Notes: generated from the letters alone by a model not told the origin. Positions 1 through 8,581 are shown, counted from the first letter of the stretch. The stretch: 64,000 bases of DNA from Candidatus Polarisedimenticolaceae bacterium (GCA_036376135.1 DASVAW010000119.1:1767-65766), one strand, 5' to 3'. Numbers and translations are program-made.

Positions 1-525
1 ACGCTCACGGGGAACGAGCGACTCACCTGGATCGATCCCGATCGTCCCGGCGGTCGCTGGAGCGTCGACCTTCCGGCGGGACGATTCGTCAAGGAGGGGA
101 TCGTCGCGCCTCTGGGATCGGGGGCCGCGGTCATCCTCACCGACTCCGCGGGGCTCGGCGGAGAGATCCGCGTCTTCGGGCCGGATGGGAAGGAAACCGC
201 CCGGATCGCCCCCCCCGAGGGGGAGGCGGTGGACGCCGCCGCGGCGGCGGACGCCCCGGTCCTGGCGGTCGACATCGCCTACCCCGCCCGGGCGGGAACC
301 CCCGACCGCGCCATCGTCGTCTTCGACCTGACCCACGGGACGCGGTGGACCTACGGCTGGTCCTACGGATCGGACGAGGAGCCCAGGTCCTGGTCGATCG
401 ACGCGGACGGCGCGCTGGTCGTCGAGCTTCCCGCAGGAGCCCGGCGATTCGACCGGGACGGGGCCTCGACGTCGAAACAACCCGCGGGCCGGGGACCGTT
501 CAATCGGCTCCGGGGAACGCCCTAG
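1..525 (+). CDS. hypothetical protein, C-terminal fragment (5' end upstream of window)
   Basis: Frame 1 is open from base 1 to TAG at 523-525; the track shows it only from an internal Met at 229. Balanced W/Y/D/E-containing composition, unlike shadow frames. No motif recognised. Confidence 0.45.
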   Translation, partial: TLTGNERLTWIDPDRPGGRWSVDLPAGRFVKEGIVAPLGSGAAVILTDSAGLGGEIRVFGPDGKETARIAPPEGEAVDAAAAADAPVLAVDIAYPARAGTPDRAIVVFDLTHGTRWTYGWSYGSDEEPRSWSIDADGALVVELPAGARRFDRDGASTSKQPAGRGPFNRLRGTP

Positions 526-1754
526 CGCAGAAGCGCCGCGAGCGTTCTCTCCGCCCCCTCCCCCGCGTCGCCGGCGAGCACCCCCACCCGCGACCCCGCG
601 CGAGCGACGCGCAGTCCGGGCTTCCCGGCGAGCGCGTCCGCGAACTCCTGCGCGTCCTTCTCGCTGTCCCAGACGGTCGCGAGGAGCGCGACGGCGCGAT
701 CTCCGTTCTGCCAGAGCTCCCAGCGGTCGCCGCCCCATCCCGCCGCGGCCACGTGGGTCCACGCCGACGGCGCCTGCGCCGCCGGGTCGTTCGTGTCGGG
801 CGTCGTCGCGCCGACCATCACCCCGACCATGAGCTCGCCGAGATTCCCGGCGAGGGACCGCTTCCAGCCCCGGCCGAGCGACCGGCCGGCGTCACCCACG
901 GACACCGGTTTGGGGAGGTCGCGTCTGGCGTCATCCCAGTACTTCTCGGGGTGCAGGATCTGCTCCGAGGAGACCGGGCCGGACTTGTAGAAGCGCTCCG
1001 CGTCCGCCGTGGGGTACCCCTTCTGCATCACCGACACGAGGTCCCCACGGGCGACGAATCCGACGCCGAGCAGGTACGGCCCGATCATCTGACGCCGCAG
1101 CGCCGCCGGCATCCGGTTGAGCTTCTCCGCCTTTCCCGCCTCGCTCTTCGCGAACTCCTGGAGCGCGTCCTGCGTGAGCTTCCCGGAGCTCATCGCGCGG
1201 GACATGTAGACGCTCATCGCCGCCATGGCGCTTCCCTCGTGCACGGCGCCGATCGCGAACATCCGGTCGTCGTCCCCCTTGGCGGCGGCGATCCGGGCGT
1301 CGAGGTCGTAGTGCTGGTCCTCCAGGGCGTGCGTCAGCTCGTGCGCGGCAAGGAGCGCGGCCATTCCCCTGGGCATGTCGTCGAGCAGGAAGAACGACTT
1401 CGTCTCCGGGTCGTAGAAGCCCCCCGCCTGTTCCTCGAGGGCGTCGAGGAACGACTTCAGGATGTCCGTCCCCGCAGGCACGACGCCGAGGAGCTCCCAG
1501 GCCTTCGCCGTCGCGGCGAGCTCGGCCTCGGGCATGAACTTCTTGAAGCGGGCGGTGACGTGCCCACGCGCGAACGCGTCGTCCACGACCCTCACCGGGA
1601 CGGAGGACTTGTAGGAGAGGCCGCGAATCTGCGCGAGCTGCGCCGAGACGTCCTCGACCGCCGCCTTCGCGGCGGCGGCGTCGATGGTCTGGGACCGGAC
1701 GACCGAGGCCGCACCGGCCAGCGCGAGGAGAAGCGCGATCGACGTGGGACGCAT
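522..1754 (-). CDS. secreted HExxH zinc-metalloprotease-like protein
   Basis: In-frame ATG at 1754 gives MRPTSIALLLALAGAASVV signal-like N-terminus. 'HELTHALEDQH' HExxH motif. The rest of track ORF 522..3086 upstream of this Met is Arg/Pro-rich shadow. Confidence 0.7.
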   Translation of the reverse strand: MRPTSIALLLALAGAASVVRSQTIDAAAAKAAVEDVSAQLAQIRGLSYKSSVPVRVVDDAFARGHVTARFKKFMPEAELAATAKAWELLGVVPAGTDILKSFLDALEEQAGGFYDPETKSFFLLDDMPRGMAALLAAHELTHALEDQHYDLDARIAAAKGDDDRMFAIGAVHEGSAMAAMSVYMSRAMSSGKLTQDALQEFAKSEAGKAEKLNRMPAALRRQMIGPYLLGVGFVARGDLVSVMQKGYPTADAERFYKSGPVSSEQILHPEKYWDDARRDLPKPVSVGDAGRSLGRGWKRSLAGNLGELMVGVMVGATTPDTNDPAAQAPSAWTHVAAAGWGGDRWELWQNGDRAVALLATVWDSEKDAQEFADALAGKPGLRVARAGSRVGVLAGDAGEGAERTLAALLR

Positions 1755-1796
1755 GGGACCTCCCGTGAAAGCGAGCCCCACGTATCCTACACGGCG

Positions 1797-2552
1797 ATGC
1801 GCGACGCGGCCGATCCCCTGCTTCCCTGGCTGCGGGCGCTCGAGGCGCGCCATCTCGCGGACCTCACCTTCCCGGAAGTCCGGCGCGCACTGCAGGCGCT
1901 CTCGTCCCTCTACGTCGAGCGGCGGGGGAAGCTCTCCCAAGGGGCCGCCTTCGACGGCGCCGGGAAACGCGCGGCCTTCGCCCTCTACTACGGGCCGCTC
2001 CACTTCCTGCTCGTGCGGGAGATCGTGCGCGTGCTCGGGGCGGCGAGGGGGACGCCGCGGACGATCGTCGACCTGGGATGCGGGACCGCGGCGGCCGGCG
2101 CGGCGTGGGCCCTCGAATCCGGCGGCAGGGCGCGCGTGGTCGGGATCGACAGGAACGGCTGGGCGCTCGAGGAGGCGCGCCGGACCGCGCACGACCTCGG
2201 CCTCGACGCCACCTTTCGCCGCGGCGACGCCGTGGAGGTGCCGCTGGAGGGAGCGGGGGTCGGGATCGTCGCGGCGTTCTGTGTGAACGAGCTCGACGGC
2301 CCCGCGCGGGACCGCCTGCGCGAGAAGCTGCTCGGCGCGGCCCGGGCCGGCTCGTCGGTGCTCGTCGTCGAGCCGATCGCCAGGCGACCGGTGCCGTGGT
2401 GGGGGGGCTGGTCCGAGGCGTTCCTCGCCTCCGGCGGCCGAGACGACTCCTGGCGATTCCGGCTCGACCTCCCCGAGCTCCTCGCCAAGTTCGATCGGGC
2501 GGCGGGGCTCGACCATCGAGAGCTCACCGCGCGGTCGCTGTGGATGGGGTAG
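1797..2552 (+). CDS. class I SAM-dependent methyltransferase
   Basis: In-frame ATG at 1797 within track ORF 345..2552. 'VDLGCGTAAAG' SAM-binding motif I and acidic 'GIDRN' motif II. Confidence 0.7.
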   Translation: MRDAADPLLPWLRALEARHLADLTFPEVRRALQALSSLYVERRGKLSQGAAFDGAGKRAAFALYYGPLHFLLVREIVRVLGAARGTPRTIVDLGCGTAAAGAAWALESGGRARVVGIDRNGWALEEARRTAHDLGLDATFRRGDAVEVPLEGAGVGIVAAFCVNELDGPARDRLREKLLGAARAGSSVLVVEPIARRPVPWWGGWSEAFLASGGRDDSWRFRLDLPELLAKFDRAAGLDHRELTARSLWMG

Positions 2553-2561
2553 TCTTCCGGC

Positions 2562-3341
2562 ATGCCCGATCGAGCGTTGGAAGGTCGTCGCGCCGTCGTC
2601 TGCGGCAGCACGCAGGGAATCGGCCTCGCGTGCGCGATCGCGATCGCCGGGCGCGGCGCCGCGGTCACGTTGTTCTCCCGGGACCGCGAGCGGCTCGAGG
2701 GGGCGCTCGCCTCGCTTCCCGGAGAGGGGCACCGCGTCCGCGTGGCGGACTCGCGAGACACCGACGCGGTGCGCCGGGCCGGCCGGGAGGAAGCCGCGCT
2801 CGGGCCGGTCCACGTCCTGGTGAACAACACCGGGGGCCCACCCGGCGGCGCGATCGTCGACGCCACCCCCGAGGAGTTCCTCGAGGCGTTCCGGTCGCAC
2901 CTGCTCGCGAGCCACGTCCTCGTGCAGGCGTTCCTTCCCGGGATGAAGGAGGCGCGTTACGGGCGGATCCTCAACGTGATCTCGACCTCGGTGAAGCAGC
3001 CCATCCCGGGCCTCGGCGTGTCGAACACCGTGCGCGCGGCGGTCGCGTCGTGGGCGAAGACCCTCTCCCTCGAGGTCGGCGCGCACGGCATCACCGTGAA
3101 CAACCTCCTTCCGGGATACACGCGCACGCAGCGGCTGACCTCGATCGCCGCCGCCCGGGCCGGGGCCGCAGGGGTCCCCCAGGAGACGATTCTCGCGGGG
3201 TTCGAGAGCGAGGTCCCCGCGGGACGGTTCGGCGACCCCTCGGAGCTCGCCGCGCTCGCCGCGTTCCTCGCCGGCCCCGAGGCGGGTTACGTCAACGGCG
3301 TCAGCATCCCGGTGGACGGCGGAAGGACGCTGGCGTTATGA
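2562..3341 (+). CDS. SDR-fold oxidoreductase, atypical (beta-ketoacyl reductase-like, no canonical YxxxK)
   Basis: 'VCGSTQGIG' Rossmann motif and 'NNTG'. The position of YxxxK reads 'SNTVRAAV'. Stop overlaps the next start (ATGA at 3338-3341). Confidence 0.8.
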   Translation: MPDRALEGRRAVVCGSTQGIGLACAIAIAGRGAAVTLFSRDRERLEGALASLPGEGHRVRVADSRDTDAVRRAGREEAALGPVHVLVNNTGGPPGGAIVDATPEEFLEAFRSHLLASHVLVQAFLPGMKEARYGRILNVISTSVKQPIPGLGVSNTVRAAVASWAKTLSLEVGAHGITVNNLLPGYTRTQRLTSIAAARAGAAGVPQETILAGFESEVPAGRFGDPSELAALAAFLAGPEAGYVNGVSIPVDGGRTLAL

Positions 3342-4795
3342 GCCTCGCGCGCATCCTCAACTTCGTCGGCGGGGAATGCCTTCCGCCCGCCTCGAACCGC
3401 TACTTCGAGGTCTTCGACCCGGCGGTCGGCCACCCCTGGGCCCTCGCCCCCGACTCCGACGCGTCCGACGTCGACGCGGCGGTCGATGCCGCGACGCGGG
3501 CGTTCCCCGGGTGGTCGCGCACGACCGCGCAGGAGCGGTCGAAGCTGCTCCTCGCCATCGCCGACCGGATCGAGGCCGACGCGTACCGCCTCGCGATGGA
3601 GGAGTGCATCGACACCGGGAAGCCCCTCGAGGTCGCCCGGACCGTCGACATTCCCCGCGCCGTCGCGAACTTCCGCTTCTTCGCGACGGCGATCCTCCAC
3701 ACCTCGTCGGAGCTCCACGCGACCGACCACGCGGCGCTGAACTACACCCTGCGCCGGCCGCTGGGCCCGGTCGCGTGCATCTCGCCCTGGAACCTGCCGC
3801 TGTACCTGCTGACCTGGAAGGTCGCCCCCGCCCTCGCCGCCGGGAACACGGTCGTCGCGAAACCCTCCGAAGTGACGCCGATGACGGCGTTCCGCCTCGC
3901 GGAGATCGCCCGCGACGCGGGGCTTCCGCCGGGGGTCCTCAACATCGTGCACGGCCTCGGCGCGAAGACCGGTCCCGCGCTCGTCTCCCACTCGGGGATC
4001 CGCGCCGTCTCCTTCACCGGCGGCACCGCGACCGGCGCCGACATCGCGCGCAACGCCTCGCCGCGATTCAAGAAGATCTCCCTCGAGCTCGGCGGGAAGA
4101 ACCCGACGCTCGTCTTCGCGGACGCCGACCTCGGCCGGGCCGTGCGCGGCGCGCTGCGGGCGGCCTTCTCGAACCAGGGTCAGATCTGTCTCTGCGGCTC
4201 GCGCATCCTCGTGGAGCGGCCCGTCTACGCCGAGTTCCTCGAGCGCTTCGCGACCTCCGCGAGGACGCTCCGCGTGGGCGATCCGCTCGAGCCGGGAACG
4301 GAGCAAGGCGCGGTCGTCTCGAAGGCGCACTTCGAGAAGGTCCTCGGGTACATCGACCTCGCACGACGCGAGGGGGGCTCGATCGTGGCCGGCGGCGGCC
4401 CGGCTGGGCCGGTCAACGACCGCTGCCGCGACGGCTGGTTCGTGATGCCGACGGTGGTGATCGACCTCCCGCAGGAATGCCGCACCAACCGCGAGGAGGT
4501 CTTCGGGCCGTTCGTGACCGTCCTGCCCTTCGACGACGAGGACCACGCGATCGCCCTCGCCAACGGCACCGAGTACGGGCTCGCGGCGTCGTTGTGGACC
4601 GAGAACGTCTCTCGCGCCCATCGCGTCGCCGACCGCCTCGACGCCGGGACGGTCTGGGTCAACTGCTGGATGGTGCGCGACCTGCGCGTTCCGTTCGGCG
4701 GCATGAAGTCGAGCGGCGTCGGGCGCGAAGGCGGCGAGGAGGCGCTGCGCTTCTTCACCGAGCCCAAGAACGTCTGCGTGCAGGTGCCCGAATGA
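3338..4795 (+). CDS. NAD-dependent aldehyde dehydrogenase, probably 2-aminomuconate-6-semialdehyde dehydrogenase
   Basis: ALDH motifs 'ELGGKNP' and 'NQGQICLCGSR' (catalytic Cys). Specific role inferred from the convergent kynurenine/ACMSD operon and the downstream RidA-type deaminase. Confidence 0.8.
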   Translation: MSLARILNFVGGECLPPASNRYFEVFDPAVGHPWALAPDSDASDVDAAVDAATRAFPGWSRTTAQERSKLLLAIADRIEADAYRLAMEECIDTGKPLEVARTVDIPRAVANFRFFATAILHTSSELHATDHAALNYTLRRPLGPVACISPWNLPLYLLTWKVAPALAAGNTVVAKPSEVTPMTAFRLAEIARDAGLPPGVLNIVHGLGAKTGPALVSHSGIRAVSFTGGTATGADIARNASPRFKKISLELGGKNPTLVFADADLGRAVRGALRAAFSNQGQICLCGSRILVERPVYAEFLERFATSARTLRVGDPLEPGTEQGAVVSKAHFEKVLGYIDLARREGGSIVAGGGPAGPVNDRCRDGWFVMPTVVIDLPQECRTNREEVFGPFVTVLPFDDEDHAIALANGTEYGLAASLWTENVSRAHRVADRLDAGTVWVNCWMVRDLRVPFGGMKSSGVGREGGEEALRFFTEPKNVCVQVPE

Positions 4796-5172
4796 GCGAC
4801 TACGTCAGCTCGCGCGCCCCCGAGCCGGTCGGCGCCTTCCCCCACGCCAAGCGGGTCGGCGACTTCCTGTTCCTCTCCGGAATCGGCCCGCGGACCCCGG
4901 GGACGAACGCGATCCCGACCACGTTCGAGGAGCAGGCGCTCGCCGTGTTCCGCAACGTGCGCACCGTCCTCGAGGACGCGGGGGCGTCGTGGGAGGACAT
5001 CGTGGACGTGACGGTGTTTCTCACGAACATGAAGCGCGACTTCCCGTCGTTCAATCGCCTGTACGCGGAACATTTCGCGACGAACCGCCCGACGCGCACG
5101 ACGGTGGAAGTCGGGGCGTTGCCGACGCCGATCGACGTCGAGCTGAAGGTCGTCGCGTACCTGAAGAAATAG
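4792..5172 (+). CDS. RidA/YjgF-family protein, probably 2-aminomuconate deaminase
   Basis: 126 aa, RidA-like ('FLFLSGIGP', 'TRTTVEV'). ATGA overlap with the ALDH. TAG stop lies inside the foldback repeat. Confidence 0.75.
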   Translation: MSDYVSSRAPEPVGAFPHAKRVGDFLFLSGIGPRTPGTNAIPTTFEEQALAVFRNVRTVLEDAGASWEDIVDVTVFLTNMKRDFPSFNRLYAEHFATNRPTRTTVEVGALPTPIDVELKVVAYLKK

Positions 5173-5319
5173 GGACAGCAACCTTTAATTGGGGACAGTC
5201 ACCGTATTTCTGCAGGGAACCGACCCGCGCTCTGTCGGTATCGGTCGCCGCACGCCCGCGGGTCGGTTCCCTGCAGAAATACGGTGACTGTCCCCAATTA
5301 AAGGTTGCTGTCCCTATTT
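5167..5319. repeat. 153-bp perfect foldback repeat (63-bp arms, 27-nt loop), TAGGGACAG family, copy A
   Basis: Arms 5167-5229 and 5257-5319 are exact reverse complements (checked base by base). AT-richer than flanks. Each arm has two GGGACAG boxes. The outer AAATAG/CTATTT carries the stops of both convergent genes. Confidence 0.9.
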
Positions 5320-5928
5320 TCTCAGGACGGCGCGCACCGGGCTCGCGTCGAACCCCTCGAGCTTGAGGGGCAGCGCGATCAGATCGTAGTCACCCTCGGG
5401 AACGTCGCGCAGCACGAGCCCCTCCAGGATCGCCATGCCGTGCGCGAGGAACCGGCCGTGCGCCGGCAGGTCCTTCGAGGAGAAGAGGTCCACGCTGGGG
5501 GTGTCGATCCCGACGAGGATGACTCCCCTCGCGTGCAGGACGTCGACGAGCGCCGGGTCGAGGGCCGCGAAGTCCTCGTCGAAACGCTCCGGGTCCGGAT
5601 AGGTGTCGGTGCGCAGCAGGAGGCGCGGCGGAAGCGGCCCTTGGGGGACCGCCGACGCCGGAATCCGAGCCCCTCTCGCGACCGCGACGCGGATCACCCG
5701 GCACGGCCCGACGTAGGCGTCGAGCGAAACCGCGTCGATCGACGCGGCGTCGCGGCCGTAGTGGCTCGGCGCGTCGGCGTGTGCGCCGAGGTGGACGGTG
5801 GCACGCAGCGTCGACAACGTGAGGTTCGCCCCGGCCTTCATGTCGCACAACACCTCGCGGGAGGGCGGCGTGTCGCCGGGCCAGACCGCCAGACGCGGCG
5901 ACACGAGGGGAGAGATGTCGAGGATCAC
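5314..5928 (-). CDS. kynB: kynurenine formamidase (arylformamidase)
   Basis: 204 aa from GTG at 5928 (GTGA overlap with the upstream kinase stop). Metal motif 'HLGAHADAPSH'. 'ILDISPL' N-terminus typical of KynB. Confidence 0.85.
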   Translation of the reverse strand: MILDISPLVSPRLAVWPGDTPPSREVLCDMKAGANLTLSTLRATVHLGAHADAPSHYGRDAASIDAVSLDAYVGPCRVIRVAVARGARIPASAVPQGPLPPRLLLRTDTYPDPERFDEDFAALDPALVDVLHARGVILVGIDTPSVDLFSSKDLPAHGRFLAHGMAILEGLVLRDVPEGDYDLIALPLKLEGFDASPVRAVLRK

Positions 5929-7844
5929 CGGACCTCCGTCTCCCCGGCGTCGAGCACCTCGCGGACCTTCCTGGCCAGCTGCGCGATCGTGAACGGCTTG
6001 GGGAGGAAAGGCGTTCCGCTCGCCTCGCCGCCGTGGCGCGCGATCACCTCCTCCGCGTAGCCGGACATGAAGACCAGGCGGACCTTCGGCGCGACCGCGC
6101 GCACGCGCTCCGCGAGCGCCGGGCCGCTGAGACCGGGCATCACCACGTCGGTCAGGAGGAGCGCGAAGCGATCGGGGCGCCGCGTCAGGATCTCGAGCGC
6201 CTCCTCCGCGGTCGCCGGGGCGTGCACCTCGTATCCGCAGGCGCGCAGCGCGTCCTCGACCACCCGGCGGATCGCCGGCTCGTCCTCGACGACCATCACC
6301 GACTCCGTCCCCAGGGGGATCTCCCCCTCCGAGGTGCGCGGCCGCTCCGCGGAGCGGCGCTCGCGCGAGGTCGGGAGGTGGATCGTGAACGTCGTCCCGG
6401 CACCCGGCCGGCTCTCGACCAGGATGTCTCCCTCGAGCTGCCGCACGAGACCGTAAACCGTGGACAACCCGAGGCCGGTGCCGACGCCGAGCGGCTTGGT
6501 CGTGAAGAACGGCTCGAAGATCTTCCCCAGCACTTCGGGGGGCATTCCGGTCCCGGTGTCGGCGACGGTGAGCCGAACGCATTCCGAGCTCCCCGCTCCG
6601 CCGTCCAGGTCGACGATCTCGGTCTCGATCGAGAGGGTGCCTCCCTCCGGCATCGCGTCGCGGGCGTTCACGGCGAGATTCACGACGACCTGCTCGATCT
6701 GGGTCGGGTCGGCCTTCACGAGGGCCGGACGCGAGGTGAACCGCAGCGCGAGGGTCACGTCCTCGCCGAGCAGGCGCCGCAGCATCGGCGCCAGCTCGTT
6801 CAGCCCCGCGTGCAGGTCGACGACCCGCAGCTCCACGACCTGGCGCCGGGAGAACGCGAGGATCTTCCGCACGAGGGACGCCGCGCGCTCGCTCGCCTTG
6901 CGGATCTCCCCGAGGCGCTGACGCAGCTCGGGGCTGGCTTCCGCCGCCGCGCTCGTCGAGGCGAGCTCGTTGAACCCGAGGATCACGGTGAGCAGGTTGT
7001 TGAAGTCGTGCGCGATCCCGCCGGCGAGCCGCCCCACGGCCTCGAGCCTCTGGGCCTGGAGGAATTGCAGCTCCAGTCGCTTGCGGTCCGTGACGTCGCG
7101 ATCGACGCCGTGGAATCCCGTCAGTTGCCCCGTTTCGGAGAACAGCGGAACGCCGCTGGTCTCGAGGACCACGCGCCCGCCGTCCGAGCGCAGATTCGTG
7201 TTCTCCAGGCGGGCGATCGGCCGCTTCTCGCGCACGCAACGCTCGAACGCGGCGCGCACCGCGTCGCGCTCCTCGGGGACGATCAGATCGAACGGCGAGC
7301 GGCCGAGGATCTCCTCGACCGAATAACCGAGCAGATCGACCACCTTGGGGCTCACGTAGGTGTACCGCCCGTTGCGGTCGACTTCCCAGATCCAGTCGCT
7401 GGTGGCCTCGACGAGGGAGCGGAAGCGACGTTCGCTCCGCCGCAGGGCGTCCTGCTCCTCCTTGCGCCGCGTGATGTCGCGCGCGAATCCTCGCATGCGC
7501 GTCGGGCCGTCGGGCGCTGGAAAGGGCTCCTCGATGAGCTCGAGCACGATGCCGGTCCCGTCCTTGCGGCGCACGAACGCCTCGTACGGCTCGCGGCGCA
7601 CGCCGTCGGCCAGCGCCCCGTCGGTGCTCGCGTGCACCCCGTTCGCGGGGCGCCCCGGATCGAGCAGATCGTCGTAGGGGCGCCCGAGCAGCTCCTCCGG
7701 TTCGAACCCGAGCACCGAGCGGACGGAAGGGGAGAGCCAGGTGAAGCGGTGTTCGGCGTCGTGGATGTAGAAGAAGAGCCCCTCCGCACCCTCCACCATC
7801 AACCGGTAGAAGTCGACTTCCGGTTCGGGACCGCCGCCGCCCAT
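5925..7844 (-). CDS. soluble hybrid sensor histidine kinase (PAS-PAS-HisKA-HATPase-REC)
   Basis: H-box '[14 protein letters not shown]', N/G boxes ('[10 protein letters not shown]', 'DTGTGM', 'GTGLGLS'), receiver '[13 protein letters not shown]'. Two PAS modules and no TM segment. ATG at 7844 shares one base with the kynA stop. Confidence 0.9.
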   Translation of the reverse strand: MGGGGPEPEVDFYRLMVEGAEGLFFYIHDAEHRFTWLSPSVRSVLGFEPEELLGRPYDDLLDPGRPANGVHASTDGALADGVRREPYEAFVRRKDGTGIVLELIEEPFPAPDGPTRMRGFARDITRRKEEQDALRRSERRFRSLVEATSDWIWEVDRNGRYTYVSPKVVDLLGYSVEEILGRSPFDLIVPEERDAVRAAFERCVREKRPIARLENTNLRSDGGRVVLETSGVPLFSETGQLTGFHGVDRDVTDRKRLELQFLQAQRLEAVGRLAGGIAHDFNNLLTVILGFNELASTSAAAEASPELRQRLGEIRKASERAASLVRKILAFSRRQVVELRVVDLHAGLNELAPMLRRLLGEDVTLALRFTSRPALVKADPTQIEQVVVNLAVNARDAMPEGGTLSIETEIVDLDGGAGSSECVRLTVADTGTGMPPEVLGKIFEPFFTTKPLGVGTGLGLSTVYGLVRQLEGDILVESRPGAGTTFTIHLPTSRERRSAERPRTSEGEIPLGTESVMVVEDEPAIRRVVEDALRACGYEVHAPATAEEALEILTRRPDRFALLLTDVVMPGLSGPALAERVRAVAPKVRLVFMSGYAEEVIARHGGEASGTPFLPKPFTIAQLARKVREVLDAGETEVR

Positions 7845-8581
7845 CAGAGCTCGTGCCGGATCGCCCACAGATCGGGGAAGAACGGCTTGAAGAGCGATTC
7901 CTTCAGGAAGGCCACCCCCGGCGAGCCTCCCGTCCCCTTCTTGGCGCCGATCGTCCGCTCCACGAGCTTCACGTGCCGGTACCGCCACTCCTGCATCCCC
8001 TCGTCGATGTCCGTCATCAATTCGAAGAGGATCGCGAGGTCGGGGCGCGTCCGGTAGAGCCGGAGCAGCCCCTCCCGGCGGGCGGCCGGCTCGACGCCGT
8101 GGTGGGCGAGGAAGTCGTCGAAATGATCGAGCAGCGAGCGCTCGGCGAGACGGGCCTCGAGGCGGCGGCGCGCCTCGGAGCCCTCGGGGTGGTACTTCAG
8201 CAGCTCCGGACGCCGGTAGCCGAGTACGTACTCCAGCTCGCGGAACTGGTACGACTGGAACCCCGAGGCGGTCTCGAGGCGGCTTCGGAACGAGGCGAAC
8301 GACATCGGGGTCATCGTCTCGAGGATGTCGAGCTGCGCCACAGCGGTCTTCAGGATCATCCGGACGCGTTTGAGGGTGTGCACCGCCCCCCAGAGGTCGC
8401 CCGCGGTGAAGTCGCGCTTCACCTTCTCGATCTCGTGGAGGATCTCCAGGAACCACAGCTCGTAGACCTGGTGAATGACGATGAAGAGCATCTCGTCGTG
8501 TTCAGGGGGGTCCGAGCGCGGCGTCTGGAGCCGGAGGAGCTCCGTGAGCTTCAGGTAACTCGCGTAGGTCAGCTCGCTCAT
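7844..8581 (-). CDS. kynA: tryptophan 2,3-dioxygenase
   Basis: 245 aa. 'SYLKLTELL', 'HQVYELWF' and 'ASGFQSYQFRELE' are typical of bacterial TDO. ATGA overlap with the kmo stop. Confidence 0.9.
   Translation of the reverse strand: MSELTYASYLKLTELLRLQTPRSDPPEHDEMLFIVIHQVYELWFLEILHEIEKVKRDFTAGDLWGAVHTLKRVRMILKTAVAQLDILETMTPMSFASFRSRLETASGFQSYQFRELEYVLGYRRPELLKYHPEGSEARRRLEARLAERSLLDHFDDFLAHHGVEPAARREGLLRLYRTRPDLAILFELMTDIDEGMQEWRYRHVKLVERTIGAKKGTGGSPGVAFLKESLFKPFFPDLWAIRHEL

Noticed and set aside
345-1796. N-terminal 484 codons of track ORF 345..2552 (+), and the 522..3086 (-) extension above 1754
   Set aside because: Arg/Pro/Gly/His-rich low-complexity translation, antisense to or out of frame with a well-formed metalloprotease gene. 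The recognisable methyltransferase starts at the in-frame ATG at 1797, and the protease starts at the signal-peptide Met at 1754.
5167-5319. Foldback repeats as integron attC sites, with the orphan and TA-like genes as gene cassettes
   Set aside because: The size (about 125-150 bp) and the association with orphan and TA-like genes are suggestive. However, the arms are perfect (attC sites need imperfect arms with extrahelical bases). I cannot find RYYYAAC/GTTRRRY core sites at the ends, no intI integrase is in the window, and copies A and B sit between conserved metabolic and housekeeping genes in convergent orientation.
7845-8456. Upstream extension of the histidine-kinase ORF (track 5925..8456)
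   Set aside because: The extension overlaps kynA in another frame and is Arg/Pro-rich. The kinase's first PAS domain begins right after the Met at 7844, which shares a base with the kynA stop.
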